Below are positions 18,382 through 27,410 of a stretch of DNA of 64,000 nt, one piece after another. The position numbers and the translations under genes were made by a program. The stretch is from Candidatus Nitrospinota bacterium M3_3B_026 (GTDB taxonomy: Bacteria; Nitrospinota_A; UBA7883; JBPRGF01), in assembly GCA_051418015.1 (NCBI GenBank), contig JBPRGF010000023.1, positions 247,695-311,694 of the forward strand, written 5' to 3'. Every line of letters begins with the position of its first letter. Within the stretch, counting starts at the first letter, position 1. A model generated the notes under the pieces. The model did not search any database. It was given only the letters and a program-made list of their open reading frames with translations, and was not told the origin of the DNA.

Positions 18382-19145
18382 CGCAAGGGATGGCGCTTTC
18401 TGTTTCTGAAGTAGAAGTAGACCGCCGCGGCGAATGCGAACACGGCGATTATCTGCGAGGTGGAAGCCAGCCCGCCGAAATAGACCCCCCGCGGATCGCC
18501 CCTGAAAATCTCTATCGTGAACCGCCCCACGGCGTAGAGCCCCACCCATATCCAGAGTATCTGTCCCCTGAAGCTCCGCCACGGCCTGATCGCCGTCAGC
18601 AACGCGAACAGCGCGAACTCGTTCGCCGCGGAGTAAAGCTGCGTGGGGTGAAGCGGTATTCCCAGCGGGGCGATGGAATGCGGATCGTGGAAGGTGACCG
18701 CCCAGGGGACACTTGTCTGCTTGCCGTAACAGCATCCCGCGAAAAAGCAGCCCAGCCTCCCGATGGCGTGCCCCAGCGCCGCCCCGGGCGCGGCGACGTC
18801 GCCAAAGGCCCACAGATCCAGCCTGTACCGCCGGACGCTGAAAATCACGGCGATAGCGGCCCCCACGAACCCGCCGTAAAAGACCAGGCCGCCTTCCCAC
18901 AGCTTGAAAACGTCGATGGGGTTTTCCAGGTAATAGTCGAGATTGATCGCCACGTAAAAGATTCTCGACCCGATGACCGCCGCCAGGATCATCCAAAACG
19001 CGGTGTCGTAGACGGACTGCGGGTCCATCCCCTCCCGGCGCGCAAGCCTCGCCGACCAGGCTATCCCCAGCAGAAAGCCGGACGCCACCAGCAGGCCATA
19101 GGTGTAAAGCGTTATGGGACCTATCTCTATGAGTACCGGGCTCAT
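18378..19145 (-). CDS. lgt: Prolipoprotein diacylglyceryl transferase
   Basis: YTYG, WEGGLVFYGG, AIGRLGCF, HPTQLY, RF.IEIFRGD. Confidence 0.95.
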   Translation of the reverse strand: MSPVLIEIGPITLYTYGLLVASGFLLGIAWSARLARREGMDPQSVYDTAFWMILAAVIGSRIFYVAINLDYYLENPIDVFKLWEGGLVFYGGFVGAAIAVIFSVRRYRLDLWAFGDVAAPGAALGHAIGRLGCFFAGCCYGKQTSVPWAVTFHDPHSIAPLGIPLHPTQLYSAANEFALFALLTAIRPWRSFRGQILWIWVGLYAVGRFTIEIFRGDPRGVYFGGLASTSQIIAVFAFAAAVYFYFRNRKRHPLR

Positions 19146-19205
19146 GATTTCATTCTTAACATATACAGTGGCGAGCCTGAATCAAAACACGCGGGCCGGG
19201 GATTG

Positions 19206-20165
19206 TCAATCCATCGAAAGCAGGATTTTAAGCGTCCCGCCCTCGCCCGCTTCGCGCAGCGCTCTCTCCCCCTCGCCAAGCGGCAAAACGGCGGACACCA
19301 GGGGGCGGGGGTTCACGCTCCCGTCCTCGAGCGCCCTCAACGCCTTCCCGAAAGGCCCGCAGCGCGACCCGACGAGGGACACCTCGTCTATCACCAGCCG
19401 GTTGAGGTCGAACGGCCCGCGTTGGGCCACGGTTGTCTTCAAAACGATCGTCCCGCGGGGTTTTACCAGCCGCATGGCGTCCTCCAGCCCCGAAGGCGAC
19501 CCCGTCGCTTCCACCACCACGTCGAACAGCGATTCGGCCCCGGCCATATCCACCGAAAGGGCCGTTGTCACGTTTTCGCCTTCAAGGAGCCCGAGCTTTT
19601 CAGGATGACGCCCCACGGCCGTGACGGCGCCGCCGGACAGGGCAAGAGCCATCGCCGCAAGAAGCCCCAGCTTCCCGTCGCCAAGGACGGCCACGCTGGC
19701 GCCATCGGCCGGCCCGATCTGCTCCACGGCCTGAAAAGCCGCCGCCAGCGGCTCGGTGAAAACCGCCGCCTCATCGGGGATGGCATCGGGGACGATGTGA
19801 AGGTTCTCCACGGGCAGCGCCAGCAGCTCGGCGAACGCCCCGTCCTTGCCCATGATCCCCATCACGGTCCTCTCCGGACAATGGTTCTTAAGACCTTCCC
19901 GGCAGAACCGGCAAGACCCGCAGGCGATGTTTATCTCCCCCACGACGCGCCTGCCGACGAGGCTTTCATCCGGCGCCCTCAAAACCTCCCCCACGAACTC
20001 GTGGCCCAGGACGCCTTGAAAAGTCATGTAGCCTTTCGCAAGCTGTATATCCGTGTCGCACACTCCCGCCAGGATCGGGCGGATCAGCGCCTCGCCCTCT
20101 TTGGGCTGCGGCGCGGGATGGTCTGTTACGAACCGGACGCCGCCGTCCAGGACAAGCGCCCTCAT
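19206..20165 (-). CDS. Zinc-dependent medium-chain dehydrogenase
   Basis: GVCDTD, LGHEFVG, CGSCRFC..C, EPLAA, GDGKLG. Confidence 0.92.
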   Translation of the reverse strand: MRALVLDGGVRFVTDHPAPQPKEGEALIRPILAGVCDTDIQLAKGYMTFQGVLGHEFVGEVLRAPDESLVGRRVVGEINIACGSCRFCREGLKNHCPERTVMGIMGKDGAFAELLALPVENLHIVPDAIPDEAAVFTEPLAAAFQAVEQIGPADGASVAVLGDGKLGLLAAMALALSGGAVTAVGRHPEKLGLLEGENVTTALSVDMAGAESLFDVVVEATGSPSGLEDAMRLVKPRGTIVLKTTVAQRGPFDLNRLVIDEVSLVGSRCGPFGKALRALEDGSVNPRPLVSAVLPLGEGERALREAGEGGTLKILLSMD

Positions 20166-20175
20166 GAGCGGGGCG

Positions 20176-20613
20176 TCATGGGAAGGTCAGGTCGGAGGCG
20201 GTGTGGATGGTTATCCTGGTCTCCTTGAACTGCCTGCTCCGCGAGCCGTCCTTGAGCGTCTCCACGGAGAGCTCCAGCACATCGTTGAAAAGCAGCGTTA
20301 TCACGTCCCCCGTGGGCGACTCGCGGGTGACCTTCACCGAGGATATCCGGTTGTAGGAGTCCAGGTATATGTCCACGCCCAGGAGCCTTCGGATATCCCC
20401 GGGGCCTATGTAGGTGGAGTCTATCCCCCAGGCCGTGGGCTTGCCCTCCTCCGTGTACGGCCGGGAGAGGGTGATCTTGAGCTGGGTGACCTTCGCCACC
20501 GTCTCGGAAAGAACCTCCGCCCCAGCCGGAGCCCCGGAAAGGGCGAGCGCCACAAGCGCCGCCGCCAGGGCCGATAACGCTTTTTTTCTCATCATGTTCC
20601 GTTGTGTTGTCAT
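20176..20613 (-). CDS. Hypothetical exported protein
   Basis: Basic then hydrophobic signal peptide ending AGA; starts 1 nt after the CsgG-like stop; start codon uncertain. Confidence 0.7.
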   Translation of the reverse strand: MTTQRNMMRKKALSALAAALVALALSGAPAGAEVLSETVAKVTQLKITLSRPYTEEGKPTAWGIDSTYIGPGDIRRLLGVDIYLDSYNRISSVKVTRESPTGDVITLLFNDVLELSVETLKDGSRSRQFKETRITIHTASDLTFP

Positions 20614-20614
20614 C

Positions 20615-21352
20615 TTATTTCACGTGAAAATAGTTCGCCGGCGTCTGGCTGGCTATGTAATCCACCGCCTTTACGATGCAGACCCGGATGGCCTTCTCCA
20701 TCGGCGTGTTCTCGTACCCGGCCAGCAGGAAGGGGACAGGCACGCCGCCGATCGCCCCGCCGAGGCCGCCGCTCCAGTCCGTGGAGTTTCCCTCCACCGT
20801 CGCCATGGCCACGATGCGGCCAGTTCTGGCGTCGGTCACCTTCACATCGATGGCCATGTATGCCCTCTTCGCCCCCGCGCCAAGGCCCATGAACGCGCCG
20901 CCGCCCAGCGGCACGCCGACGCCGCCGAAGCCGCCGCCAGCGTCGGCCTTGAAGGCCGTCACCGCGCCGGAGACCAGAAGCTCCGCCCCCTCAAGCTCGC
21001 CTATGGGCGCGGAGGTCCCCTCCTTCACCCTGCCGGATGCGCCAAGGTCCTGCTCCTCCATCACGTCACCTATGTCCGTCCTGTCCAGCATGATGAAACG
21101 GTTGCTGTGGAACATGGCGCTCGTGAGCATGTCGGCCATCCCCTGCCCCAGCTCGTTGTGGCCGGAGGCGGACTTGTTTACGAACTTGGTGACCGCCACC
21201 CGCGCCTTCGGCCCGTCGTAGGGCTCCATCTGGGCCTGCTGGATGCTTGGCCCGCCGGAGCTTGTCACCGTCGCCGTGGTCTGGCTGGATGCGCATCCAA
21301 AGGCGATCGTTAAAACCGCCACCGTCAAAAGCCCACGCGTTGCATGTCTCAT
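20615..21352 (-). CDS. CsgG/HfaB-family lipoprotein
   Basis: Lipobox AFGC, KARVAV.KF, GMADML..A...SNRF.MLDR, EQDL, GAELLVSGAVT, VTDARTGRI. Confidence 0.85.
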   Translation of the reverse strand: MRHATRGLLTVAVLTIAFGCASSQTTATVTSSGGPSIQQAQMEPYDGPKARVAVTKFVNKSASGHNELGQGMADMLTSAMFHSNRFIMLDRTDIGDVMEEQDLGASGRVKEGTSAPIGELEGAELLVSGAVTAFKADAGGGFGGVGVPLGGGAFMGLGAGAKRAYMAIDVKVTDARTGRIVAMATVEGNSTDWSGGLGGAIGGVPVPFLLAGYENTPMEKAIRVCIVKAVDYIASQTPANYFHVK

Positions 21353-21527
21353 CTTCCCTGTCAGACCTCCAAGCTCAGGCGCCGCGGCTTCCGGGCGCGG
21401 GCGCGGGTTTTTTCGCTTTCATGTCAGGATAAATATAAACCTTTTTCCCCATTATAAGCCAATAGACGCATTGTTCGGCAAACGCCCAGCGCAAAAGCTC
21501 TTGCGAGGCGGACGCGGCGTGTTAATC

Positions 21528-21536
21528 TGGTAGAAT
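21528..21536 (+). promoter_or_regulatory. Putative extended -10 promoter upstream of selD
   Basis: TG-G-TAGAAT in an AT-rich divergent intergenic region. Confidence 0.4.
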
Positions 21537-21597
21537 TCATTTACATCCTTGTTAAGAGCGCGCATGGATTTCACGGCTTCATACCAGGCCGCGCACA

Positions 21598-21635
21598 GGC
21601 GGAAGGCTTCGGCCCCCGCCATTTTTCTGTTTTTT
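21598..21635 (+). terminator. Intrinsic-terminator-like hairpin in the selD leader
   Basis: GGCGG-AA-GGC-TTCG-GCC-C-CCGCC followed by ATTTTTCTGTTTTTT. Confidence 0.5.
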
Positions 21636-21647
21636 GTGGATTTTTTT

Positions 21648-22706
21648 ATGGACGAGGAGAAGATCAGGCTCACGACCCTGGCCAAAGCCGGCGGTTGAGG
21701 CTCCAAGCTGGGTCCGGAGGACCTGAAAAAAGCTCTCGGACGGATTGACTGGCCCGACGACCCCGACCTTTTATACGGCTCCGGGATCGGCGACGACGCA
21801 GGTGTGTACAAAATGAGCGAAAGCCTGGCGCTAGCGCAAAGCGTTGATATCCTTACTCCTATAGTGGATGACCCGTACATGTTCGGCCGCATCGCGGCGG
21901 CGAACTCGCTGGCGGACATCTACGCCGTCGGCGCCCGGCCGTACACGGCGCTCAACATACTCTGCTACCCGCGAAAACTCGGGATGGATATAGTCGCCCA
22001 GATACTGCGCGGCGGCGCCGACACGGTGGCGGAGGCGGGGGCGGTACTCCTCGGCGGGCACAGCATGGAGGATGACGAGCCCAAGTACGGCCTCGCCGTC
22101 ACGGGCCTTGTGGATCCCGCGAGGATGATAACCAGCGGCGGGGCGCGGCCGGGCGACGCGCTCATCCTCACCAAGAAGATCGGAACGGGGATACTGAACA
22201 AGCTGATAAAATCCAGGAAACCCCCGAAAGGCGCTCCCCCGGCAAGGGTACACGACGAGGCGGCCGAGTCCATGGCCAGGCTGAACAAGGCCGCCGCGGA
22301 GGCGATGATCGAGCATGGCGCCAACGCCTGCACGGACGTGACGGGGTTCGGCCTCCTCGGCCACGCGGCGAACATGGCGGGCGCATCGGGGGTCCGGATC
22401 GTCATAAACTATTCCGCCGTCCCCATGTTCGACGGAGTGGAGACCCACGCCACGGCCTGCTCCAGGGGCGCCTGCGAACGCAACCGCGAAGGGGTGGAAA
22501 AAGCGCTCACCGCCGCGCCGGGCCTGGACAAGAACAAGCTGATGGTCATGCTGGACCCGCAGACCTCCGGCGGGCTCCTGATATCCGTTCCCGGCGAGAA
22601 GGCCGAAGCCCTCGTCAAAAAACTGCGCGAAGGCGGCGACGAGGTCTCCACCGTCATCGGCCGCGTGGAGGAGGGCCCGCCGGGGACGGTCGAAGCGCGG
22701 CCATAG
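21648..22706 (+). CDS. selD: Selenide, water dikinase (selenophosphate synthetase), selenocysteine-containing
   Basis: ATG 21648 reads MDEEKIRLTTLAKAGG-UGA-GSKLGP, in frame with the 21804 ORF. UGA at 21696-21698 is codon 17, the catalytic Cys/Sec position. Also DDAGVY, PIVDDPY.FG.IAAAN, GGHS, TDVTGFGLLGH, DPQTSGGLL. Confidence 0.96.
21710..21724 (+). promoter_or_regulatory. Bacterial SECIS-like hairpin
   Basis: G-GGTCC-GGA-GGACC-T, starting 12 nt after the in-frame UGA, with G in the apical loop. Confidence 0.75.
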
Positions 22707-22781
22707 GCTGTTGGACTGGCCGGGCGCGCTCTGCCATAATAATCGCCGGAAAAACCGTTTCTTCCACATCTTTCACGAAGC

Positions 22782-23468
22782 TTGAGCGCGTTGAAAAAGT
22801 ATTTGAACACGTACGTGGCGCCTTTCCTCGCCGCCGCCTTCATATACGCCATCAGCAAAACGCTCAAAATCCACGAGGTGGGAAAGGAGACGGAAAAAAA
22901 ACTTACCGAGCGGGGGGAGACGATCATATACGTCTTCTGGCACGGCAGGCTCTTTTTCTGCCCCCACTATTACAGGATACGCGGCCTCCGTCCGGCCGCC
23001 GACTACCAGATACTCGCAAGCCCCAGCGCGGACGGCGAGGTGGTCGCAAGGACGTTGAAGCTTTTCGGATACAGCGTGGTACGCGGCTCGTCGTATAAAA
23101 GCGCCCGTAAAAGTCTCATGGAGTTAAAGCGCGCCGTGGAGCGGGGGCTGCCGGCGGCCCTGATCGGCGACGGCTCCCGCGGGCCGATATACAAGCTGCA
23201 GCCGGGCTCGCTGATGCTGTCCAAGCTCACCGGCTGTCCGGTGCTGCCCTTCACTATGTCCTTCTCGTCATACTGGACGCTGAAAAGCTGGGACAGGATG
23301 ATGATCCCAAAACCCTTCTCGAAAGCCGTCGTCATCTACGGCGAACCCGTCCGCGTCCGCCGGGACGCGGACTCCGCCGCCCTCGAGAAAACGCGCGCCG
23401 AGCTGGAGGCGGCCATGCGCTCCATGACGGAGAGGGCGGACTCGTATTTCGAAAAGGAGACGCCATGA
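22782..23468 (+). CDS. DUF374 / lysophospholipid acyltransferase-like protein
   Basis: FWHGR, S.SADGE, VVRGSS, DGSRGP, SWDRM.IPKPFS; adjacent to waaA. Confidence 0.85.
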   Translation: MSALKKYLNTYVAPFLAAAFIYAISKTLKIHEVGKETEKKLTERGETIIYVFWHGRLFFCPHYYRIRGLRPAADYQILASPSADGEVVARTLKLFGYSVVRGSSYKSARKSLMELKRAVERGLPAALIGDGSRGPIYKLQPGSLMLSKLTGCPVLPFTMSFSSYWTLKSWDRMMIPKPFSKAVVIYGEPVRVRRDADSAALEKTRAELEAAMRSMTERADSYFEKETP

Positions 23469-24736
23469 CCGGCGCGCTCTACGGCCTCGCGTCCCGCGCG
23501 GGGTACGCCCTCGCCTCGCCGTACATCGCCTGGCGGTTGTTGACGCGTCCCGAATACCGGGAAAATTTTCGGCAAAGGCTGGGGCTTGGGTTGCCGCGGT
23601 ATGAGCGGAGAACCATCTGGATCCACGCCGTATCGGTGGGCGAGGCGGCGGCGGCGGAGCCTGTCGCAAGGCATATAAAGGCCCGCGCCCCCCAGGTCAA
23701 TATAGTCCTCACCGTCACGACTCCTTCAGGAAGAGGCGTGGCGGAAAAGAAGCTGTCCGCGATCGCGGATATCCACTATTTCCCCTATGACCTGCCCGGC
23801 GCGGCGCGGAGGGCGGCGCGGGCCTTCAACCCCGGGCTCTTTTTCATGATCGACACGGAGATATGGCCCGGCGTCATCGCCGCCGTCCGGGAGCATGGCG
23901 GCGCCGTGGCCATCGTCAACGGCAGAATTTCAGACAGGTCGTATCCGCGCTACAGGCGGATGAGATGGTTTTTCCGGGACGTGCTCTCCAACGTTGACCT
24001 TTTTCTCATGAGAACGAGGGCGGACGCGGACAGGATCATCGATATCGGCGCGGATCCTGGGCGGGTGGAGGTGGGGGGCGACCTGAAGTTCGACGGCATG
24101 GCGGAAGAGACGGCGGACCGGGCGGCCTTGAGAAAATCGCTCGGCCTTGGCGAGGATGAGAAGGTCGTCCTGCTCGGCAGCGTCCACGAGGGGGAGGAGG
24201 CGGCCATCGCCGCGGCCGTCGAGGCCATCGAAAGGGCGGGCGCGGGAAGGCTGGTGATAGCGCCAAGGAGGATAGAAGACATCGGCTGGATAGAACACGC
24301 CCTGCAAGGCTCCGGGCTGCGCGCCGTCCGCAAAACCTCCATGCCGCCCGCGCCGGAGCCGGACGGGGCCGCCGTCCCGGTCATCGACACTTTCGGCGAG
24401 CTCAAAAAGCTATACGCGGCGGCGGACGTTGTCTTCGTGGGGGGCAGCCTGATAGACCACGGCGGGCAGAACCCATTGGAGCCGGCCGCCGCCGGGGTCG
24501 CGCCGGTCTTCGGCCCGTCGATGAGCAACTTCCGCGGCGCGGCCTCGGCCCTGCTGGAAGCGGGTGGGGCTTTCCAGGCGGCTTCGGGGGCGAAGCTTTC
24601 CGAAAGGCTCGCCGATTTGCTGAAAGACGGGGACAAACGGCGGCGGGCCGGGGAGGCGGCAAGGGAAGTGGTGGAAAGAAACCGGGGCGTGGCGGCGAAG
24701 GCGGCGGAGCGGTTGATCGCCCTGTACAGAGGCTGA
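23465..24736 (+). CDS. waaA: 3-deoxy-D-manno-octulosonic acid transferase
   Basis: IWIHAVSVGE, PYD, TEIWP, NGRISDRS, LKFD, DTFGEL, GGSL...GGQNPLEP. Confidence 0.93.
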   Translation: MTGALYGLASRAGYALASPYIAWRLLTRPEYRENFRQRLGLGLPRYERRTIWIHAVSVGEAAAAEPVARHIKARAPQVNIVLTVTTPSGRGVAEKKLSAIADIHYFPYDLPGAARRAARAFNPGLFFMIDTEIWPGVIAAVREHGGAVAIVNGRISDRSYPRYRRMRWFFRDVLSNVDLFLMRTRADADRIIDIGADPGRVEVGGDLKFDGMAEETADRAALRKSLGLGEDEKVVLLGSVHEGEEAAIAAAVEAIERAGAGRLVIAPRRIEDIGWIEHALQGSGLRAVRKTSMPPAPEPDGAAVPVIDTFGELKKLYAAADVVFVGGSLIDHGGQNPLEPAAAGVAPVFGPSMSNFRGAASALLEAGGAFQAASGAKLSERLADLLKDGDKRRRAGEAAREVVERNRGVAAKAAERLIALYRG

Positions 24737-25722
24737 TGGACGCGCGGCGGATCGCGGAATTCGCGGAAAGGGCCACAGGCGCCAGGGCGCTGAAGGCCGT
24801 CCCCCTGGCGGGGGACGCCTCGGCGAGGAGATACTTCCGTGTCTTTTTCGAGGACGGCGGCTCCGTCGTCGTCATGGCCGCGCCTGACGAGGAATCCGCC
24901 GCGGCCTTTTCGGAGATGACGGGGCTGATGCGGCGTCTCGGCGCGGACACTCCTTCCATCCTCGGCGCGCAAGGGGCGCTGCTCGCGCTGGAAGACCTCG
25001 GCGACAAGCTGCTGCAACGGGCCGCGGCGGAGATGGGCGAAGATGAGCTGATGGCCGTCTACAGGAGGGTCATAGACGATCTCGCGGCCTTTCAGGACAA
25101 CGCCGCCGGGACGATGGACCGGCGCCATCCATGCTTTCGCCTGGCCTTCGACGAGGAAAAGCTGATGTGGGAAGCGGGGTTCACCGGAGAACACTTCCTT
25201 CGAGGGTATCTCGGCGCGAGGCTTTCCGCCGAGGATGAGTCGGCGCTCGATGCGGAATGGAGGCATGTGGCCAGCAAGCTCGCCGAGAGGATGGAGACGC
25301 TCGCGCATCGGGACTTTCACTCAAGGAACATAATGCTCAAAGAGGAGCGGCTCGTGTGGATCGACTACCAGGACGCCCGGATGGGCAGACGGCTTTACGA
25401 CCTGGCCTCGCTGCTTTACGACCCATACGTGGAGCTTGGCCGGGAGGCGAGGGGGGCGCTGGCGGATTACTATTACCGGAAGCTTTCAGACAAGGACGCG
25501 GCGCCGTGGGGGCGCGGCGAATTCTCCCTGCTGCTGGATTTCTCCGCCGCACAGAGGATATATAAAGCCCTTGGGACCTACGGCTACCAGTCCTCCGTCA
25601 TGGGCTCAAGGGTTTACGAAGAGTACATTCCCCGCGCGTCGCGGACGCTGATGGAGATTCTGGAGACAGTCCCCGCTCTCGCGCCGCTTCACCGGCTTTT
25701 GCGCGGTCTTTTGCCGTCCTGA
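24736..25722 (+). CDS. Aminoglycoside-phosphotransferase-fold sugar kinase (AmgK-like)
   Basis: LAGDASARRYFR, LEDLGD, HRDFHSRNIM, IDYQDA..G...YDLASLL.D. Confidence 0.85.
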   Translation: MDARRIAEFAERATGARALKAVPLAGDASARRYFRVFFEDGGSVVVMAAPDEESAAAFSEMTGLMRRLGADTPSILGAQGALLALEDLGDKLLQRAAAEMGEDELMAVYRRVIDDLAAFQDNAAGTMDRRHPCFRLAFDEEKLMWEAGFTGEHFLRGYLGARLSAEDESALDAEWRHVASKLAERMETLAHRDFHSRNIMLKEERLVWIDYQDARMGRRLYDLASLLYDPYVELGREARGALADYYYRKLSDKDAAPWGRGEFSLLLDFSAAQRIYKALGTYGYQSSVMGSRVYEEYIPRASRTLMEILETVPALAPLHRLLRGLLPS

Positions 25723-26567
25723 GCCTTTTTTTCCGCCACCACCCTGTTGTCCGTCAGCCTTTTGCCGCCGACTCTCGCCGCCGCGTAGATGAGGGTTTTC
25801 CCACCGCGGACGTCCTCCCGCAGCGTGTCCGCGTCCACCACGGCGGCGTGTTCGACGTTTGCGAGAGGCTCCGACTCGATCATGGCGGCGAGGTCTTCGG
25901 AGAGTTTTTTCCTGTCCCCCTCGCCCTTCCTTATCCTGCGCTCTATCTCCTTCAGCGAGTTCGGTATGACGAGCGCGGCCTTTCGCTCCTCCTTTGAAAG
26001 CTGGCTGTTCCTCGACGACAGGGCAAGGCCGTCCCTGGCCCGCCTCGTCGGGACGGCGACGATCTTCACGGGGAAGTTGAGGTCTTCGGTCATTCTCCTG
26101 ATTATGGCCAGCTGGTGCGGGTCCTTCATCCCCAAATAGGCCCTGTCCGGCTGGACGATGTTGAAAAGCTTCGCCACCACAGTTGTCACGGCGCGGTAAC
26201 TCCACCTTATGGAAGCGCCCTCCAGCCTGTCCACGAGGGCCTTGACCTCCACCACGGTGTCGAAATTCTCCGGGTACATGTTCTGCGCTCTTGGGGAGAA
26301 AAGGTAGTCCACCCGCCGCTTCCTGAGGATGGAGATGTCCCGCTCGATGTCCCTTGGGTACTCACGATACGCCTTCGCCCGGAACTGTGGCGGGTTGACG
26401 AATATGGAGACGACGACGATATCGTTCTCCTTTTTCGCCCGCTGGATGAGCGCCTCGTGCCCCTCGTGCAGGCATCCCAGGGTGGGGACAAGCCCGATGG
26501 AGTTCCCCAGGATCCTCTCCCGCCTCGCGTCGATGTTCATCGCGGCTGGCTTTGTCTGGATTATCAT
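25689..26567 (-). CDS. panC: Pantoate--beta-alanine ligase family protein (divergent)
   Basis: VPTLGCLHEGH, VVSIFVNP.QF, YPR, KLFNIVQPD, G.KD..Q, DGLALSSRN, RL.DN; several conserved motifs are altered. Confidence 0.8.
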   Translation of the reverse strand: MIIQTKPAAMNIDARRERILGNSIGLVPTLGCLHEGHEALIQRAKKENDIVVVSIFVNPPQFRAKAYREYPRDIERDISILRKRRVDYLFSPRAQNMYPENFDTVVEVKALVDRLEGASIRWSYRAVTTVVAKLFNIVQPDRAYLGMKDPHQLAIIRRMTEDLNFPVKIVAVPTRRARDGLALSSRNSQLSKEERKAALVIPNSLKEIERRIRKGEGDRKKLSEDLAAMIESEPLANVEHAAVVDADTLREDVRGGKTLIYAAARVGGKRLTDNRVVAEKKAQDGKRPRKSR

Positions 26568-26687
26568 CCTTCCCTCTTGATGAATCCGCTACAGACCGAG
26601 ATGATAATCCGGCCGGGAGGACGGGGCAAGCCCGGGCTCCCGGCGCGTTTTGACGAACTCTAAAAACTTGTATAATACGCGGACTGA

Positions 26688-27323
26688 ATGATCATGGCAG
26701 CGGGTGTTTTGATGTCGAGCATGGCGAAACCGGCCTTCCGGGTGTCTTTTCTTTTCGCGGCGGCGCTGCTCGCCGCGGCGGCCTCGATGGACGCCCGTCC
26801 CTCCGCGGCGGCCTCCGCGAAATTTTCGAAGACGCTGGCCGCGGCGCGAAAAGGCGACCCGGCGGCCCAGAACCGGCTCGGTTACATGTACGCCAAGGGT
26901 AAAGGCGTCCGGCAGGACTGGGGCGAAGCCATGAAATGGGTCAAAAAATCCGCCGCCGCAGGATACGCCAAGGCACTGTTCAACATCGGGTACATGACAG
27001 CTCTCGGCAAGGGGACGAAGAAAGACCCGGCGGCGGCGGTGGAACATTTCAAAAAGGCGGACGCCAAGGGTCTCGCGTCGGCGGGGTATTACCTCGGCCT
27101 CATGTACGCCAAAGGAGAAGGGGTCAAAAAGGACCTCGGCGAAGCGGCGAAATGGTTTTTGAAAGCGGCGAAGGGCGGCCACGCGGCGGCGAGTCTCAAC
27201 GCCGGCTTCATGTACTACGGCGGCCATGGGCTGAAGCGGGACAAAAAAGAGGCCGCGAAATGGCTCAGAAAAGCGGCTGAAGGCGGCCATCCGCTGGCGA
27301 GGCCCGCGCTGGACCTCATGTGA
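26688..27323 (+). CDS. Sel1-like repeat exported protein
   Basis: Four ~36-aa repeats of type A...LG.MY..GKGV.KD..EA.KW..KAA..G; signal peptide; start uncertain. Confidence 0.9.
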   Translation: MIMAAGVLMSSMAKPAFRVSFLFAAALLAAAASMDARPSAAASAKFSKTLAAARKGDPAAQNRLGYMYAKGKGVRQDWGEAMKWVKKSAAAGYAKALFNIGYMTALGKGTKKDPAAAVEHFKKADAKGLASAGYYLGLMYAKGEGVKKDLGEAAKWFLKAAKGGHAAASLNAGFMYYGGHGLKRDKKEAAKWLRKAAEGGHPLARPALDLM

Positions 27324-27410
27324 CTTTTTCAGACACCGGCTCTCCCTAACGGGCCATGCCGGCCCCTGCGGCTTGAGGCGCGGCCGGCGCAGGTATGTTA
27401 AATTGTATTG

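Noticed and set aside
17446..18996. 516-aa ORF suggesting an extended or fused RluD
   Set aside because: The extra N-terminus overlaps lgt in another frame. The real start is the ATG at 18381.
21696..21698. selD as a nonsense pseudogene
   Set aside because: The stop falls exactly at the catalytic Cys/Sec codon, has a SECIS-like hairpin after it, and the rest of the gene is intact.
6996..26567. A dispersed beta-amino-acid or pyrrolysine-like pathway (ATP-grasp + KamA-like + divergent PanC)
   Set aside because: The genes are 8-9 kb apart in different transcription units among housekeeping genes. No pylS/pylT or in-frame UAG was seen, so nothing in the sequence links them.
26850..27290. Repetitive DNA in the Sel1 gene
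   Set aside because: Explained by protein-level Sel1 repeats; it is not a CRISPR array or nucleotide tandem repeat.
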